A stretch of DNA of 30,996 nt from Candidatus Methylomirabilota bacterium (GCA_046726415.1 JBKPAK010000032.1:1-30996), one strand, 5' to 3'. Numbered from the stretch's first letter, positions 9,536-19,446 are shown. Translations and numbers: made by a program. Notes: generated from the letters alone by a model not told the origin.

Positions 9536-10461
9536 CTACGGCCGAACCCAGCGCCGGCAGGTGGTAGCCGACGCTCAGCCGGACCTCATAAGTCCTTGGA
9601 GGGAGGTGACGTCCATCGCGGATACCCCATCACCTGCAAGCTGACATTCCAGCGACCCCCGAAGAGCTTACCCACGACGAAATTCACCGGAACCTGCTTG
9701 GACCATGCACGAAATCCAGGGTGATCACCGGCTGGGTTTGCACGTACCACGCGTCGGGCAGGAGCTTGGTCACGAATGGCTGCAGGGTGAGCTGGTTGAC
9801 GCGGGGCCGCTGCGGGTCACCGGCGAACGGGAAATACCGCTGGAGGAGAAAGACGAACTGCCACCCGGGACCCCGTCGTTCACGTAGTCGAGCGCTGGCC
9901 CGAGCTGATACTTGCCCTGTCCCATCTCCGTGTGCGACGCGGTAGGGAACACGAATACAGGCCCCGCCCCCGGCGTCCCCCAAGACTTCCGGCTGCCCAG
10001 GACGAACAGAGTCAGCCACGTGAGGTCGCCAACCCCGGCGTTCGTGGGGCCATTCTCGTCGTCGACCTCGGGAATCGGCCATTCGATGCGCGTGAAAAGG
10101 GGTCAGCCCGGATTCGACGACCAGGATCCCCTTGAACTTGATGTACGTGTTGAAGCTGCCGTCCGCTCTCTGCTCGTAGGTCGGCTCCTCGGTCACTGAC
10201 GAGGTCAGCGGAATGGGACCGATCACCTCCTCGACGGTGAAGCCTCTGCGTCCGGCGCCATCACGGGGAGGAGGGGAAAGGCCGGCGTCGCGGGCTGGGC
10301 TATCTTCCCCGCGCGTCTCTGTCAACGACAGGAACGGTGGTCAGCTCTGACAACGCTGCGGTCTCCTGTGCCACGCCGGCCACCGGCACGACAAGGAGGA
10401 GGTACAGCAGGAGATAGACCGACACGGTGACCTTGCGGCCGGGCTCCAGGATGCCTCGCAT
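9536..10461 (-). pseudogene. Exported, probably outer-membrane beta-barrel protein of the kind found next to arylsulfatases; several frameshifts
   Basis: Signal peptide MRGILEPGRKVTVSVYLLLYLLLVVPVAGVAQ. Later segments: FPTASHTEMGQGKYQLGPA, QLTLQPFVTKLLPDAWYVQTQPVITLDF, VPVNFVVGKLFG. The 3' end coordinate is approximate. Confidence 0.65.
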
Positions 10462-10648
10462 CAGTGGCGAAACGGCCGCACCGCTCTCCCGGTACCCGCC
10501 GAGCCCGTCGCGGTCTTCGAATTAGCCCCCCAAGCAAAACGAGCAGAGACGATCTGGCCAGCGAGCCGTCAGCAGGGCCGATGTCTGGAGACGGCGGATG
10601 CCGACGACTCCGGCCAGAGAGACTCTGTCGCCCTCGTTCGGAGACGTT

Positions 10649-11049
10649 TCAGTGCCCTGTTTCGATGGTCGAGTCCGAGAACTCCTGTGGCTCGAACTCG
10701 GCTTTTTCCTGCGCAGCGATCTCCGCCGCCTGCTCGGCGCTCACCAGCTGCCGGTACTGGGCGTATTGCTTCGGGCTACCCACGGAGACGCACCTGCAGC
10801 GATCGGTTCCGCGTAGGCGTAGACTGTCCCGCCGGTCTTCCGCTGCCACGGCACAACTTTGTACGGGATGAGCATGTTGAGCTTCGCGACCCGCTCCGGC
10901 GTACCAGCCTTGATGACTTTGAATCCGGCCTGGGTCAACAAGTTCGTGGTCTCGGCGGCTCGATCGCGGCGCATCGCCGTACAGCCGCCCAGCATCCTGG
11001 TGACCACCATCGCTGCTAGCGCCACTCCCATCGCAAATCGGGGCTCCAT
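10649..11049 (-). CDS. Hypothetical lipoprotein; frameshift near 10800
   Basis: Lipobox LGGC; NLLTQAGFK...VYAYAEP then VGSPKQYAQYRQL; GGAGG RBS. Confidence 0.7.
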
Positions 11050-11127
11050 CGGTCGCCCTCCTCTGGCCGATCCGACCGTGCCATCGCTCGTCAACGCCAA
11101 CGCTGTCGGAGACCGCAATCCGCTACA

Positions 11128-11349
11128 TCACTGCAAGAAGGACTTCACCGACACGACTCCGGAGACTGAGCGCGCGACTGCCTCGAACTGCTGGGCCTTC
11201 TGGGGCGAGCCGACCACGCCGACGAGCATCACCTGACTCGCGTACACGCCGACGTCGACCCGGCCCGAGACGAGATCCGGCTCCGCAATGAGCTTCGCCC
11301 TGATTTCCTCCTTGATCTCCAGATCGCTCGTCCAGGACGGCCGGGCAGC
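11128..11349 (-). pseudogene. BON-domain protein, C-terminal half with no start codon of its own
   Basis: [72 protein letters not shown]. Confidence 0.8.
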
Positions 11350-12037
11350 CCCGGCCTCTGAGGGCCGTGCAGCTGGGCGAGTACGAGCGGGTAGGTGAGG
11401 ACCGCACGCGTCACGTCGACGTGCGGCTCGTCGCGGCCACCAACCGCGATCTCGCGTGTGAGGTCGCGGCGGGCCTACGCTGCTCATGCGGTTGGTGGAC
11501 ATCTCGCGTCTCCCTCCGCTTTCGTGAGGACCTCTACTACCGGCTGAGCGTGTTCCTCATCGAGGTCCCTGCCTTCCGCGAGCGCAAGGAAGACATCGCG
11601 CTGCTGGCCGAGCATTTCTTGCGCCGGAGCGCGCGGGCGCTGAACCGGCGCGGCCTGCGGCGGACGCCAGGCACGTGAGTCAGCTCGAGCGGTATAACTG
11701 GCCCGGCAACGTGCGGGAGCTCCAGAACGTGATCGAGCGCGCGACTATCACCGCGAGCGCCGGCAACCTACGCTTCGATCTCTCGTCAGGGCGCGACCGC
11801 AGCGATCGACCCACGGCGGGCGGTGCGCCCCGGGTCCAGGCGGCCGAAGCCATCCGGTCCCCAGCGGAGATGAAGCAGCTGGAGCGAGACAACATCGCGG
11901 CCGCCCTCCGCCACGCCGGCGGCAAGATCTACGGGTCGGACGGCGCGGCGCGACTCCTCGGCATGAAGCCGACCACCCTCCTGTCGCGGCTCGTCAGGCT
12001 CGGACTCAAGCCGACCCGACACGCCCCGTCGGGGTAA
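11346..12037 (+). pseudogene. Sigma-54-dependent activator (NtrC/FhlA-like), C-terminal fragment with a 42-nt insertion and a frameshift
   Basis: [52 protein letters not shown] and the Fis-HTH GAARLLGMKPTTL. No Walker A or GAFTGA motif is present. Confidence 0.88.
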
Positions 12038-12208
12038 ACCCCCGCCGCGCGACACACTAGTCGACGGACGAGGGCCGGCCTGCCCATCGCCGGCCGGCCT
12101 GGCGTTGTCGGGATCTTGCGCAAAAGGATGCCGCCGAGCATTCGGGCTCGTGGACGAGCATCGAAAGCGGTGAAGAAGCAACCCCGCAGCCCGAAAGGAG
12201 GGCCGCCA

Positions 12209-13132
12209 ATGAGAAGTTCAGCGCGCGGACAGCTCAGACAGTCGTCTGCTTTCACCGGACCCCTACCCGTTGTCCATCATCGAAGCGCGAAGGTGGACGG
12301 GGTCAACATCTTTTATCGCGAGGCGGGCTCGCCCGATGCCCCGGCGGTGCTCTTACTGCACGGGTTCCCGACCTCGTCACACATGTTCCGCAACCTGATT
12401 CCGGCCCTGGCCGACCGCTACCACGTCGTCGCCCCGGACTACCCAGGCTTCGGGCAGAGCGACATGCCGGACCGCCGCGCATTCGCGTACACGTTCGAGC
12501 GGTTCGCTGGGCTCGTTGATGGCCTGCTCGATCACTTGGGCGTGACGCAGTACGCGATGTACGTCATGGACTACGGGGCTCCCGTGGGCTGGAGATTGGC
12601 TCTGAAACACCCCGACCGAGTCACGGCTCTCATCATCCAGAACGGCAACGCCTATGACGAAGGGCTCAAGGAGTTCTGGGATCCCATCAAGGCGTACTGG
12701 GCGGATGGTTCCGGCGACCATCGGCGAGCTCTGCGCGTGTTGGTGGCTCCAGAAACGACGAAGTTCCAGTACACGGACGGCGTAGCCGACGTGAGTCGCA
12801 TCGCGCCCGACAACTGGGTCCATGATCAGGCTCTGCTCGATCGGCCCGGCAACGCCGATATTCAGCTGGACGTCTTCTACGACTATCGGACCAATGTGCC
12901 GCTCTATCCGAAGGTGCAAGCGTATTTCCGCAAGCACACGCCACCCACGTTGATCGTCTGGGGCAAGAACGACAAGATATTCCCAGCCGAGGGTGCGTAC
13001 CCGTACACGCGCGACCTGCCGGACGCCGAGCTTCACCTCTTCGACACCGGCCACTTCGCCTTGGAGGACAAGGCGGACGAGATCGTTCCACTGATCCGCG
13101 ACTTCCTCGAGCGGACGGTTGCGCCGAAATGA
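12209..13132 (+). CDS. Alpha/beta hydrolase (epoxide hydrolase/haloalkane dehalogenase-like)
   Basis: [24 protein letters not shown], nucleophile DYGAP, TGHFALE. AAGGAGG RBS before the ATG at 12209. Confidence 0.92.
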   Translation: MRSSARGQLRQSSAFTGPLPVVHHRSAKVDGVNIFYREAGSPDAPAVLLLHGFPTSSHMFRNLIPALADRYHVVAPDYPGFGQSDMPDRRAFAYTFERFAGLVDGLLDHLGVTQYAMYVMDYGAPVGWRLALKHPDRVTALIIQNGNAYDEGLKEFWDPIKAYWADGSGDHRRALRVLVAPETTKFQYTDGVADVSRIAPDNWVHDQALLDRPGNADIQLDVFYDYRTNVPLYPKVQAYFRKHTPPTLIVWGKNDKIFPAEGAYPYTRDLPDAELHLFDTGHFALEDKADEIVPLIRDFLERTVAPK

Positions 13133-14109
13133 GACAGAGTCCGCGCTGCCGCCCGGGAATCCCGCGCTGGGCTTCGCCCGTCCAAACGGGCGTGGGAGTG
13201 TTTCACGAGGGTGAACGGGCGGTTCAGAAGCGGGCTGGGGTAAGCGCCGAAGCGCAGGCCGTGGGACGGGGTATCGTTGCTGCGATTCCCGCCGGCGCCG
13301 GGCGCTTTCTGGGGGCCCAGCGCATCGCGATCCTAGCGGCCGCGGACGACACCGGGCGCCTCTGGGCGTCACTGATCACCGGAGAGCCCGGCTTCATCAC
13401 CACACCCGACGATCACACGCTGCGCTTGGCCGCCCGTCTACCCGACGCGGATCCCCTCCGCGGCAGTGTGGACGGCGATGCACCGGTCGGCGTTCTCGTG
13501 TTCGATCCGGAACGGCGCCGGCGGCTTCGTCTGAACGGCCGAGTTACCGGCGGGAGCCCCGACTGCATCGACATCCGCGTCGAGGAAGTCTTCGGCAACT
13601 GTCCGAAGTACATTCAGAGCCGGGCGCCGGGAGAGACGGCCATGCATGAGCGCGCGAGGACCAGCCATCGAAGCCCGGCGCTCACGGGGCCGCAGCGGCT
13701 CGTCGTCGAGCGGGCCGATACGTTCTTCATCGCGAGCGCTCATCGGGACGTCGGAGCCGACGCCTCGCATCGCGGCGGCTTGCCGGGCTTCGTACGCGTG
13801 CTGGACGAGCGACGACTGCGCTTCCCTGACTATCCGGGCAACAACATGTTCCAGACTCTCGGCAACATCTCGACGGACCCCCGGGTCGGTCTTCTATTCG
13901 TGGACTTCGACTCGGGTACCACCCTCCAGATCACGGGGCGGGCGCGGATCCTGTGGAATCGTGAGGACTTCGCCGAGCTCGCGGGCGCGGAGCGGGCGGT
14001 TGAGATCGAGATCGACGAGGTCGTGGAGACGGAAGGAGAGGGCCCGCTCGGCTGGCGTTTCCTCGGTTACTCGTCTTTCAACCCCCGACCGCGGGCCGGA
14101 CGGCGCTAG
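13129..14109 (+). CDS. Pyridoxamine 5'-phosphate oxidase family (tandem FMN-binding split barrel) protein
   Basis: [56 protein letters not shown] overlap with the hydrolase stop. Confidence 0.9.
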   Translation: MRQSPRCRPGIPRWASPVQTGVGVFHEGERAVQKRAGVSAEAQAVGRGIVAAIPAGAGRFLGAQRIAILAAADDTGRLWASLITGEPGFITTPDDHTLRLAARLPDADPLRGSVDGDAPVGVLVFDPERRRRLRLNGRVTGGSPDCIDIRVEEVFGNCPKYIQSRAPGETAMHERARTSHRSPALTGPQRLVVERADTFFIASAHRDVGADASHRGGLPGFVRVLDERRLRFPDYPGNNMFQTLGNISTDPRVGLLFVDFDSGTTLQITGRARILWNREDFAELAGAERAVEIEIDEVVETEGEGPLGWRFLGYSSFNPRPRAGRR

Positions 14110-14133
14110 GCGGGGCGGAAGGCTCGTGATAAA

Positions 14134-14172
14134 TGGTGTCCCGGGGTGACTCGAACACCTGGCACGCAGTAG
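14134..14172 (-). tRNA. Degenerate tRNA 3' fragment (att scar); isotype not assignable
   Basis: The reverse complement CTACTGCGTGCCAGGTG-TTCGAGT-CACCCCGGGACA-CCA shows a T-arm, acceptor 3' strand and CCA. No 5' half is present. Confidence 0.65.
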
Positions 14173-14257
14173 TCGAGGGCCGAATGCCGGCGTCGCTATG
14201 CTTCGGCCATGACGATGCGTGCCTCCATCTGTCCCGTGAGTACAATCGCACAGAAAT

Positions 14258-14720
14258 TTACGCCAGCTCCTCCAGCAAGGCTTTGGCCTCCTGGAGATCG
14301 GCAGTGTCAAAGCCCTCGGTAAACCACGCGTAGACCACAGCCAGCAGGTCGTGCGCCTCCTGCCGTTTCCCTTCCTGGTGCCAGAGCCGACTCAGACTCA
14401 TCGCGGCCCGCAACTCCAGCGATTTCGCCTCCTGGCGGCGGGCCACGTCCAAGGCTCGCTGCAACCAGGTCTCCACCTCTGCCTGCGGTGTCCCCGTCTG
14501 CCGCAGGAGCAAGCTCGCCCGGAGGCGATACAGCTCCGCCTCCCCCCAGCGCTCTCCCGTGGCCTGCGCGGCCGCCAGCGCCTCGGCCAGGGTGGCAAGC
14601 CCTTCCTCGACCTGACCCTCTTGCGCGTAGACGTCGGCCAGCAGCGCCAGGAAATATGGCTCCCAGAGCGCGCTCCCAGTCTCCCGCACGGCCGCCAGGT
14701 CCTGCCGGATCTGGCCGATC
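14258..14720 (-). pseudogene. C-terminal TPR-like fragment of an adenylate cyclase/STAND ATPase protein
   Basis: EAELYRL...ARRQEAKSLELRAAMSLSRLW...WFTEGFDTADLQEAKALLEELA*. Similarity stops abruptly at about 14720. Confidence 0.88.
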
Positions 14721-14765
14721 TGTGCCGGGGGGGCGGAGCGGCGGCGGGGGGCGGGGGTGGGGGTG

Positions 14766-15098
14766 CCGAGAACGGCGGTTCCGTCAACTGGGCCTTTAAA
14801 CCGCCTACCGCGGCCTGGCGGCCGCAACCAAGCCGAGGCGACTCGGCTGCGCCGCTTCGCCTCGGACCGACTGGGCATCTCATCTGGTTGACGACGGGGA
14901 CCACGATCGAAGATCGGTGGGCGGCCTGGGACCGAGGCGGCTGATCCTGGGCGTGGCAATCAGCGGCCCCGCTGGCACCGCGCGTTTCGCCGAGTCCGTC
15001 CGGGGGGGAAGATCGGATCTCGTTCTCGATCGCGGATTCGAACCAGGGGGATTGGGCCGGCGGTTGCCCCCTCGCCGGAATTCGTGTGCGATGCGTGA
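14766..15098 (+). ncRNA. Candidate structured non-coding leader or element end
   Basis: Nested stems read by eye: agccgag-GCGA-ctcggct (14831-48), gcggcc-tggc-ggccgc (14810-25), cgcctcgg/ccgaggcg (14858-65/14932-39), gctgat/atcagc, aggggg/ccccct and cgagaacg/cgttctcg. Confidence 0.4.
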
Positions 15099-16530
15099 AT
15101 GGACCAGTTCATCGCCAAGCACGCCGACAAGCTCCAGGGCACCCTTTCGTGCTTCGATCGGGTCTTGTTCCGCGGCTACCTGCCGTTCTTCAGCGGCTAC
15201 GCCATGGCCAGGTTTCTGGAGACCCGCGGGGTCTATCGGCGCGACGTGAAGCGGTTCGTGTTGACGCAGGCGTATCGGCTCAAGGACCACGCGCGGCAGA
15301 CGGCGGCGCGCGAGGGGCGGCCCGCGGTCGAACCCTGCCGGACGTTTTCCTTGCGGTGGCGCGAGGGGGCGGCCTTCATCCAGTCGGCGCGGCGGAAGTG
15401 TCTCATCCTGTACTACTACTTCCTGGACCGAGACTTCGGTCTCATCCACGTGCGCCTGCAGACGTGGTTTCCCCTGCAGCCGCAGGTCTACGTGAACGGC
15501 CACGAGTGGCTGGCGCGCAAGCTGACGCAGCACGGGGTGCGGTACACCAAGCACGACAACGCGTTTCTGTGGCTCGAGGACTTCCCGCGGGCCCAGCGCT
15601 TTGCCGATCGGTTTGTCAGCCTGCCCTGGGTGGCGCTGCTCGACCGGTACGCGCGTCGAGTTAACCCCTTGCTGCGAGACGTGCTGACCCCGATGCAGTA
15701 CTACTGGGTGACGACCCAGTCCGAGTACGCCACCGACCTGGTGTTCAAGAGCCGCCAGCACTTGACGGAGTTCTTCCCCCGCCTGCTGGCGCACAGCACC
15801 CTGTGCTTTTCGGCCCGGGAGGTCATGAGTTTCTTGGGGCGGAAATGGCACGGGAAATTCGAGGGCGAGGTGGTCACGGACCAAGAAGACCTCCGGGGCC
15901 GGTTGCCGGGATGTCGGGTCAAACACCGCATGAAGCGGAACTGGCTGAAGATGTACGACAAGGCCGGGTGGATCCTCCGGGTGGAGACGGTGATCAACGA
16001 CCCGGAGGAGTTTCGCGTGGGCCGGCGGGTGCGCCGCCGCGGGCGCCGGCGCACCGAGTGGGTTCCTCTCAGGAAGAGTGTGGCCTACCTCTTCCGGTAC
16101 CGCGACGTGTCGCTCCAGAGCAACGCGCGGTATCTCAACGCGTTGGCCCAGGTCGAGGATCCGACGTCTGGGCCACGCGGCCTCGATGCCATCACCACCC
16201 GGAAGCGCTTGACCAAAGCCTTCAATCCCGTGGCTCGGCCCGACTGCCAGCTCTTTACCGCGCTCATGAGTGGTGAGTATGCAGTCCACGGCTTCGCGAA
16301 TCGCGATCTCCGCTCCAAGCTGGCGGCGACCGCCATCCGGCTTAGCGACGATCCGACGCGCCAGAGTGCCCAGGTCAGCCGCCTCTGCACCGGCTCCACG
16401 TCTACGGCCTGTGGCGAAGATCCCGCGGTCGCGCCGCTGGCGCGTCACCGCGTTCGGGCAGCGGATCATGAGCACCTCGGTCAAGCTCCGGCAGTGGCAG
16501 TTCCCCGACGAGTACGCTCGGGCTGCGTGA
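15099..16530 (+). CDS. Uncharacterised Rep_trans-like nickase/transposase candidate with C-terminal winged helix; frameshifts near 16385-16410
   Basis: FDRVLFRGYL, YYYFLDRDFG, VNGHEWL, DNAF, QSEYATD, KMYDK, LRVETVIN, GFANRDLR...VSRL..LHVYGLVAKIPRSRRWRVT...ARAA*. Confidence 0.65.
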
Positions 16531-16658
16531 ACTCCCAGAGACTTCTTCGAAAAAATCGGAGATCCAACGAAGGAAGAATCTATGCTCCTCCTCCGTGAGG
16601 AAGATAGTCCGGGACTTCCTAAGCCACCGCCACATCAGCGAGCCCCTCGTCTACAATA

Positions 16659-16728
16659 GCGTCGTCTACCCCGGGCACACCCGGGGGTGCGGAGTCCCGC
16701 TAGAGCGTTACGGGGTCGTAGACGACGC
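16659..16728. other. 70-nt multi-stem structure closed by a perfect 11-bp inverted repeat
   Basis: gcgtcgtctac (16659-69) pairs with gtagacgacgc (16718-28). It encloses ccccggg-caca-cccgggg and gcgg-agtc-ccgc. Confidence 0.6.
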
Positions 16729-17101
16729 AGGTGCCCTCGTGGGGCACGCCTCCTCGAGCCGATGAGCATGGCGGGCAACTCGCACGTCCTCCAGCTGAGC
16801 ATCGCTGCATATCCAGGGTTCGCAGGCCGCGGAAGCGGTAGGGCCTGATGACGGAGCTCCCGAGCCGGGTTCGCCGGAGCTCGCGGCGCTGTCCACGGTG
16901 CTGGCAGAACACGGCGCCCAACGAGACCTGGCCCGGCTCTCGGCAGTGGCTCGGCACGACCCATCCCGGATGGAGCTGACGGCGTGGCGCAACCGACACG
17001 CGCACGCAACCGCGCAGTATACTGCGATCCTCACGGCCGCTGGATGGAGTGGCGGGCCGACGATCATTGATCCCAGGCACGTGGCTGAACGGAGGCGCTG
17101 C

Positions 17102-17575
17102 ATGACACCCGAGCATCGCGCGATTCTCGAACGCATCGGGTCAGCGGGCGACGCTGTGCGCCGCGCCGTGGACGCGGCGCCTCCGGGCCGGTTCGCCCAG
17201 CCACCGCGCGCCGGCGAGTGGTCCGGGCTGGAAACGCTGACCCACCTGCGCGACGTCGTCGTCCACGTCCAGAGTCTCAGGATCCGGCGGCTCCTCTACG
17301 AGGATGGTCCGCTCTTCGCCGACTTCGACGAGGAGCGCTATCGCCCGGCCAGCCTGGCTCGTGGCGAGACGGTCACGGACCTCCGCGACACGATCGTCGC
17401 CGAGCACGAGCAGGTGGCGCGGCTGCTCCGGACGCTGCCCGACGACCAGTGGTCGCGCGAAGGTCGCCATCCCACGCTCGGCGCCATGTCGATCGAGCTC
17501 CTGGCCCGTCGGCTCGGCGAGCACACCGAGGAGCACGCCGCGCAGGTCGCCGCCGCGGTGGCGCACGCCGGCTGA
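17102..17575 (+). CDS. DinB-family protein
   Basis: GEWSGLETLTHLRD, FADFDEE, WSREGRHPTLG, EHTEEHAAQ (His triad). GGAGG RBS. Confidence 0.85.
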   Translation: MTPEHRAILERIGSAGDAVRRAVDAAPPGRFAQPPRAGEWSGLETLTHLRDVVVHVQSLRIRRLLYEDGPLFADFDEERYRPASLARGETVTDLRDTIVAEHEQVARLLRTLPDDQWSREGRHPTLGAMSIELLARRLGEHTEEHAAQVAAAVAHAG

Positions 17576-17701
17576 GCGAGGCGCGCACGGCCGGCGTCCA
17601 TCTCCGCCCGATCACCGCGGACAACGAGGCCGAGTGTCTCGCGCTGACGCCAGCGTGCCCATCACTCCCGTCGAGGTCTACGTGTGCCTGCTCGACGGGC
17701 C

Positions 17702-18150
17702 GTGAACCCCGACTGGACGACCGCGGCCGCGCTCGAGCGCGCCCGCGCCTGCACGCCCGAGGCCTGGATCGACGCCTATCTCGCCCCGGATCCTGGGCGC
17801 ACCCGGGGCTACGCGACGGCCTGCGCCGGCAGCGACGGTGGTGGCGCGGCCCGCCTGAAGTAGCCCTCGCGGATCTGCCCCGCGTCTGCGGTCCCGAGCC
17901 CGACGTGGAGTGTCCGCAAGACCCGGTCGCGCAGGAAGCCTCGATCATGACGATGCCGCGAGGGCTCGGCGAGCTGCTCCAGGTGGCGCCGCTCATCGTG
18001 GAGTATCGGCAGGGCGCGCTCAGCATTCGCGACGGCGGCAACCACCGTCACGAAACCATGCGCCGCCGCGGCTGGCGAACGTGCTGGATCGTGGTCTGGT
18101 ACAACACCGAGGCCGACTTCGCGCACCGCGGCCTCGCGATCGCGGAGTGA
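17702..18150 (+). pseudogene. ParB/Srx N-terminal-domain-like protein; frameshift near 17790
   Basis: AWIDAYL...GLRRQRRWWRGP..V.LADL.RVCGPE...PLIVEYRQGALSIRDG(G)NHRHE.MRRRGW. Confidence 0.65.
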
Positions 18151-18153
18151 CGG

Positions 18154-19446
18154 GTGCCGTTCGTCACGGCGCACGGCATCCGTCTCGCCTACGAGCTGTC
18201 GGGACCCGCAGGCGGCCCGGCGTGCGTGCTCATCCACGGCTGGACCGGCAGCATCGTCGAGTGGGCGGCGGTGATCCGACCCCTCAACGACCTGGGCTGG
18301 CGCACGCTCGCGATCGACGGCCCCGGCCACGGCCGCTCCGAGGCGCCGGCGGCCCGCGAGATGTACACGATGCACGCGCTCGCCGACCTCCATCACGAGG
18401 TCGCACGTGTGCTTGGGTACTCACCCGCGGTCGTCATGGGATTCTCGATGGGTGGCGCGATTGCCGAGGAGTACGCGCTCCGTCACCCGCGCTCCGTCCG
18501 TGGCCTCGTCCTGCTCGGCAGCGCGGGCGGCGACTGGATCGACGAGGAAGCGCAGGCAGAGATCGACGAGGCGCTGCCGGTGGCATTCTCCGAGAGGATG
18601 GGCGCGGTCTGGGAGCGACGTGCGCGCCGGCTGTACCCGGAAGAGCTGGACAGGATGAGCGTCGAGGAGCGTGCACGGCGGCGCGAGGCGTTTGCCGCCA
18701 CCTCGGCGGAAGGCTACGTCTACACGCTGCACGGACTTCAAGAGAAGCGGACCACGCTCGGCGCGCTCACGAAGCTCGCCCAGCCGACGCTGATTGTGCA
18801 CGGCGCCGCCGACGACGCGTCGATCATCGAGGCCGCCCGCCGTCTGCACGTGGCGATCCCAGGAAGCTGTTACGTCGTCGTTCCCGACGCGGGGCACTTC
18901 GCGCAGGACGACAATCCCGACGCGCTCAACCATGGGCTCGCGGATTTCCTGTGGGGAGCACGCGCCCCCGACATCTATGCGGCCGCCACCTACCTCAAGT
19001 CGCTTCCGTACATCGCAGGTGATGCCATCGCAGCGGTTGGCTTCTCCCACGGCGGCGGCACCGTGCTTTGGGCGGCCACCGCCGCGGGGGGATACCCGAG
19101 TACGCCGGTCCGGGCATTCGTGGCCTTCTATCCGCCATGTGGCGGCGGCCTGGGCGCGTATCGGGGCTCGGTCCCGGTGCTGCTGCTGCTGGGTGCCAAG
19201 GACGACTGGGCGCGGCCGGGGCCCTGCCAGGCCTGGGCGGAGGAGGCGAGACAGGCAGGGCAACTGGTCACGGCCATCGTGTATCCCGGGGCGCGGCACG
19301 CGTTCGACGCGCGAGGGATCCAGGGCGTAGTGACCGTGCCGGACGCACGAGGGGGTGCGGGCGCCACGATTGCCTACGATCCCCAGGCTCATGCAGACGC
19401 GGAGAAGCAGGTCCGCGAGCTCTTACGCTCGCAGCTTCTTCGTTGA
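18154..19446 (+). CDS. Alpha/beta hydrolase fused in frame to an N-truncated dienelactone-hydrolase-like domain
   Basis: Domain 1: LIHGW, GPGHGRS, GFSMGG, AGHF. Domain 2: GFSHGG, FYPPC, GAKDDW, YPGARHAFD. Confidence 0.8.
   Translation: MPFVTAHGIRLAYELSGPAGGPACVLIHGWTGSIVEWAAVIRPLNDLGWRTLAIDGPGHGRSEAPAAREMYTMHALADLHHEVARVLGYSPAVVMGFSMGGAIAEEYALRHPRSVRGLVLLGSAGGDWIDEEAQAEIDEALPVAFSERMGAVWERRARRLYPEELDRMSVEERARRREAFAATSAEGYVYTLHGLQEKRTTLGALTKLAQPTLIVHGAADDASIIEAARRLHVAIPGSCYVVVPDAGHFAQDDNPDALNHGLADFLWGARAPDIYAAATYLKSLPYIAGDAIAAVGFSHGGGTVLWAATAAGGYPSTPVRAFVAFYPPCGGGLGAYRGSVPVLLLLGAKDDWARPGPCQAWAEEARQAGQLVTAIVYPGARHAFDARGIQGVVTVPDARGGAGATIAYDPQAHADAEKQVRELLRSQLLR

Noticed and set aside
14725-14765. 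G-rich tract resembling a G-quadruplex at the left boundary of the nickase element
   Set aside because: It is an irregular poly-G run at a gene breakpoint, typical of low-quality read ends. No function can be supported, and it obscures the true left end.
15034-15044. GGATTCGAACC, a tRNA T-loop-like motif
   Set aside because: There is no acceptor strand or CCA at the correct spacing, so it is not a tRNA fragment.
16683-16716. Resemblance to the 5' part of a TPP riboswitch (ggggtgc...gct.gag)
   Set aside because: It lacks the exact CUGAGA motif and the whole ACCUG/GGGA 3' half.
17580-17650. VHLRPITADNEAECLAL, a GNAT-like N-terminal scrap
   Set aside because: Only about 17 residues with no continuation.
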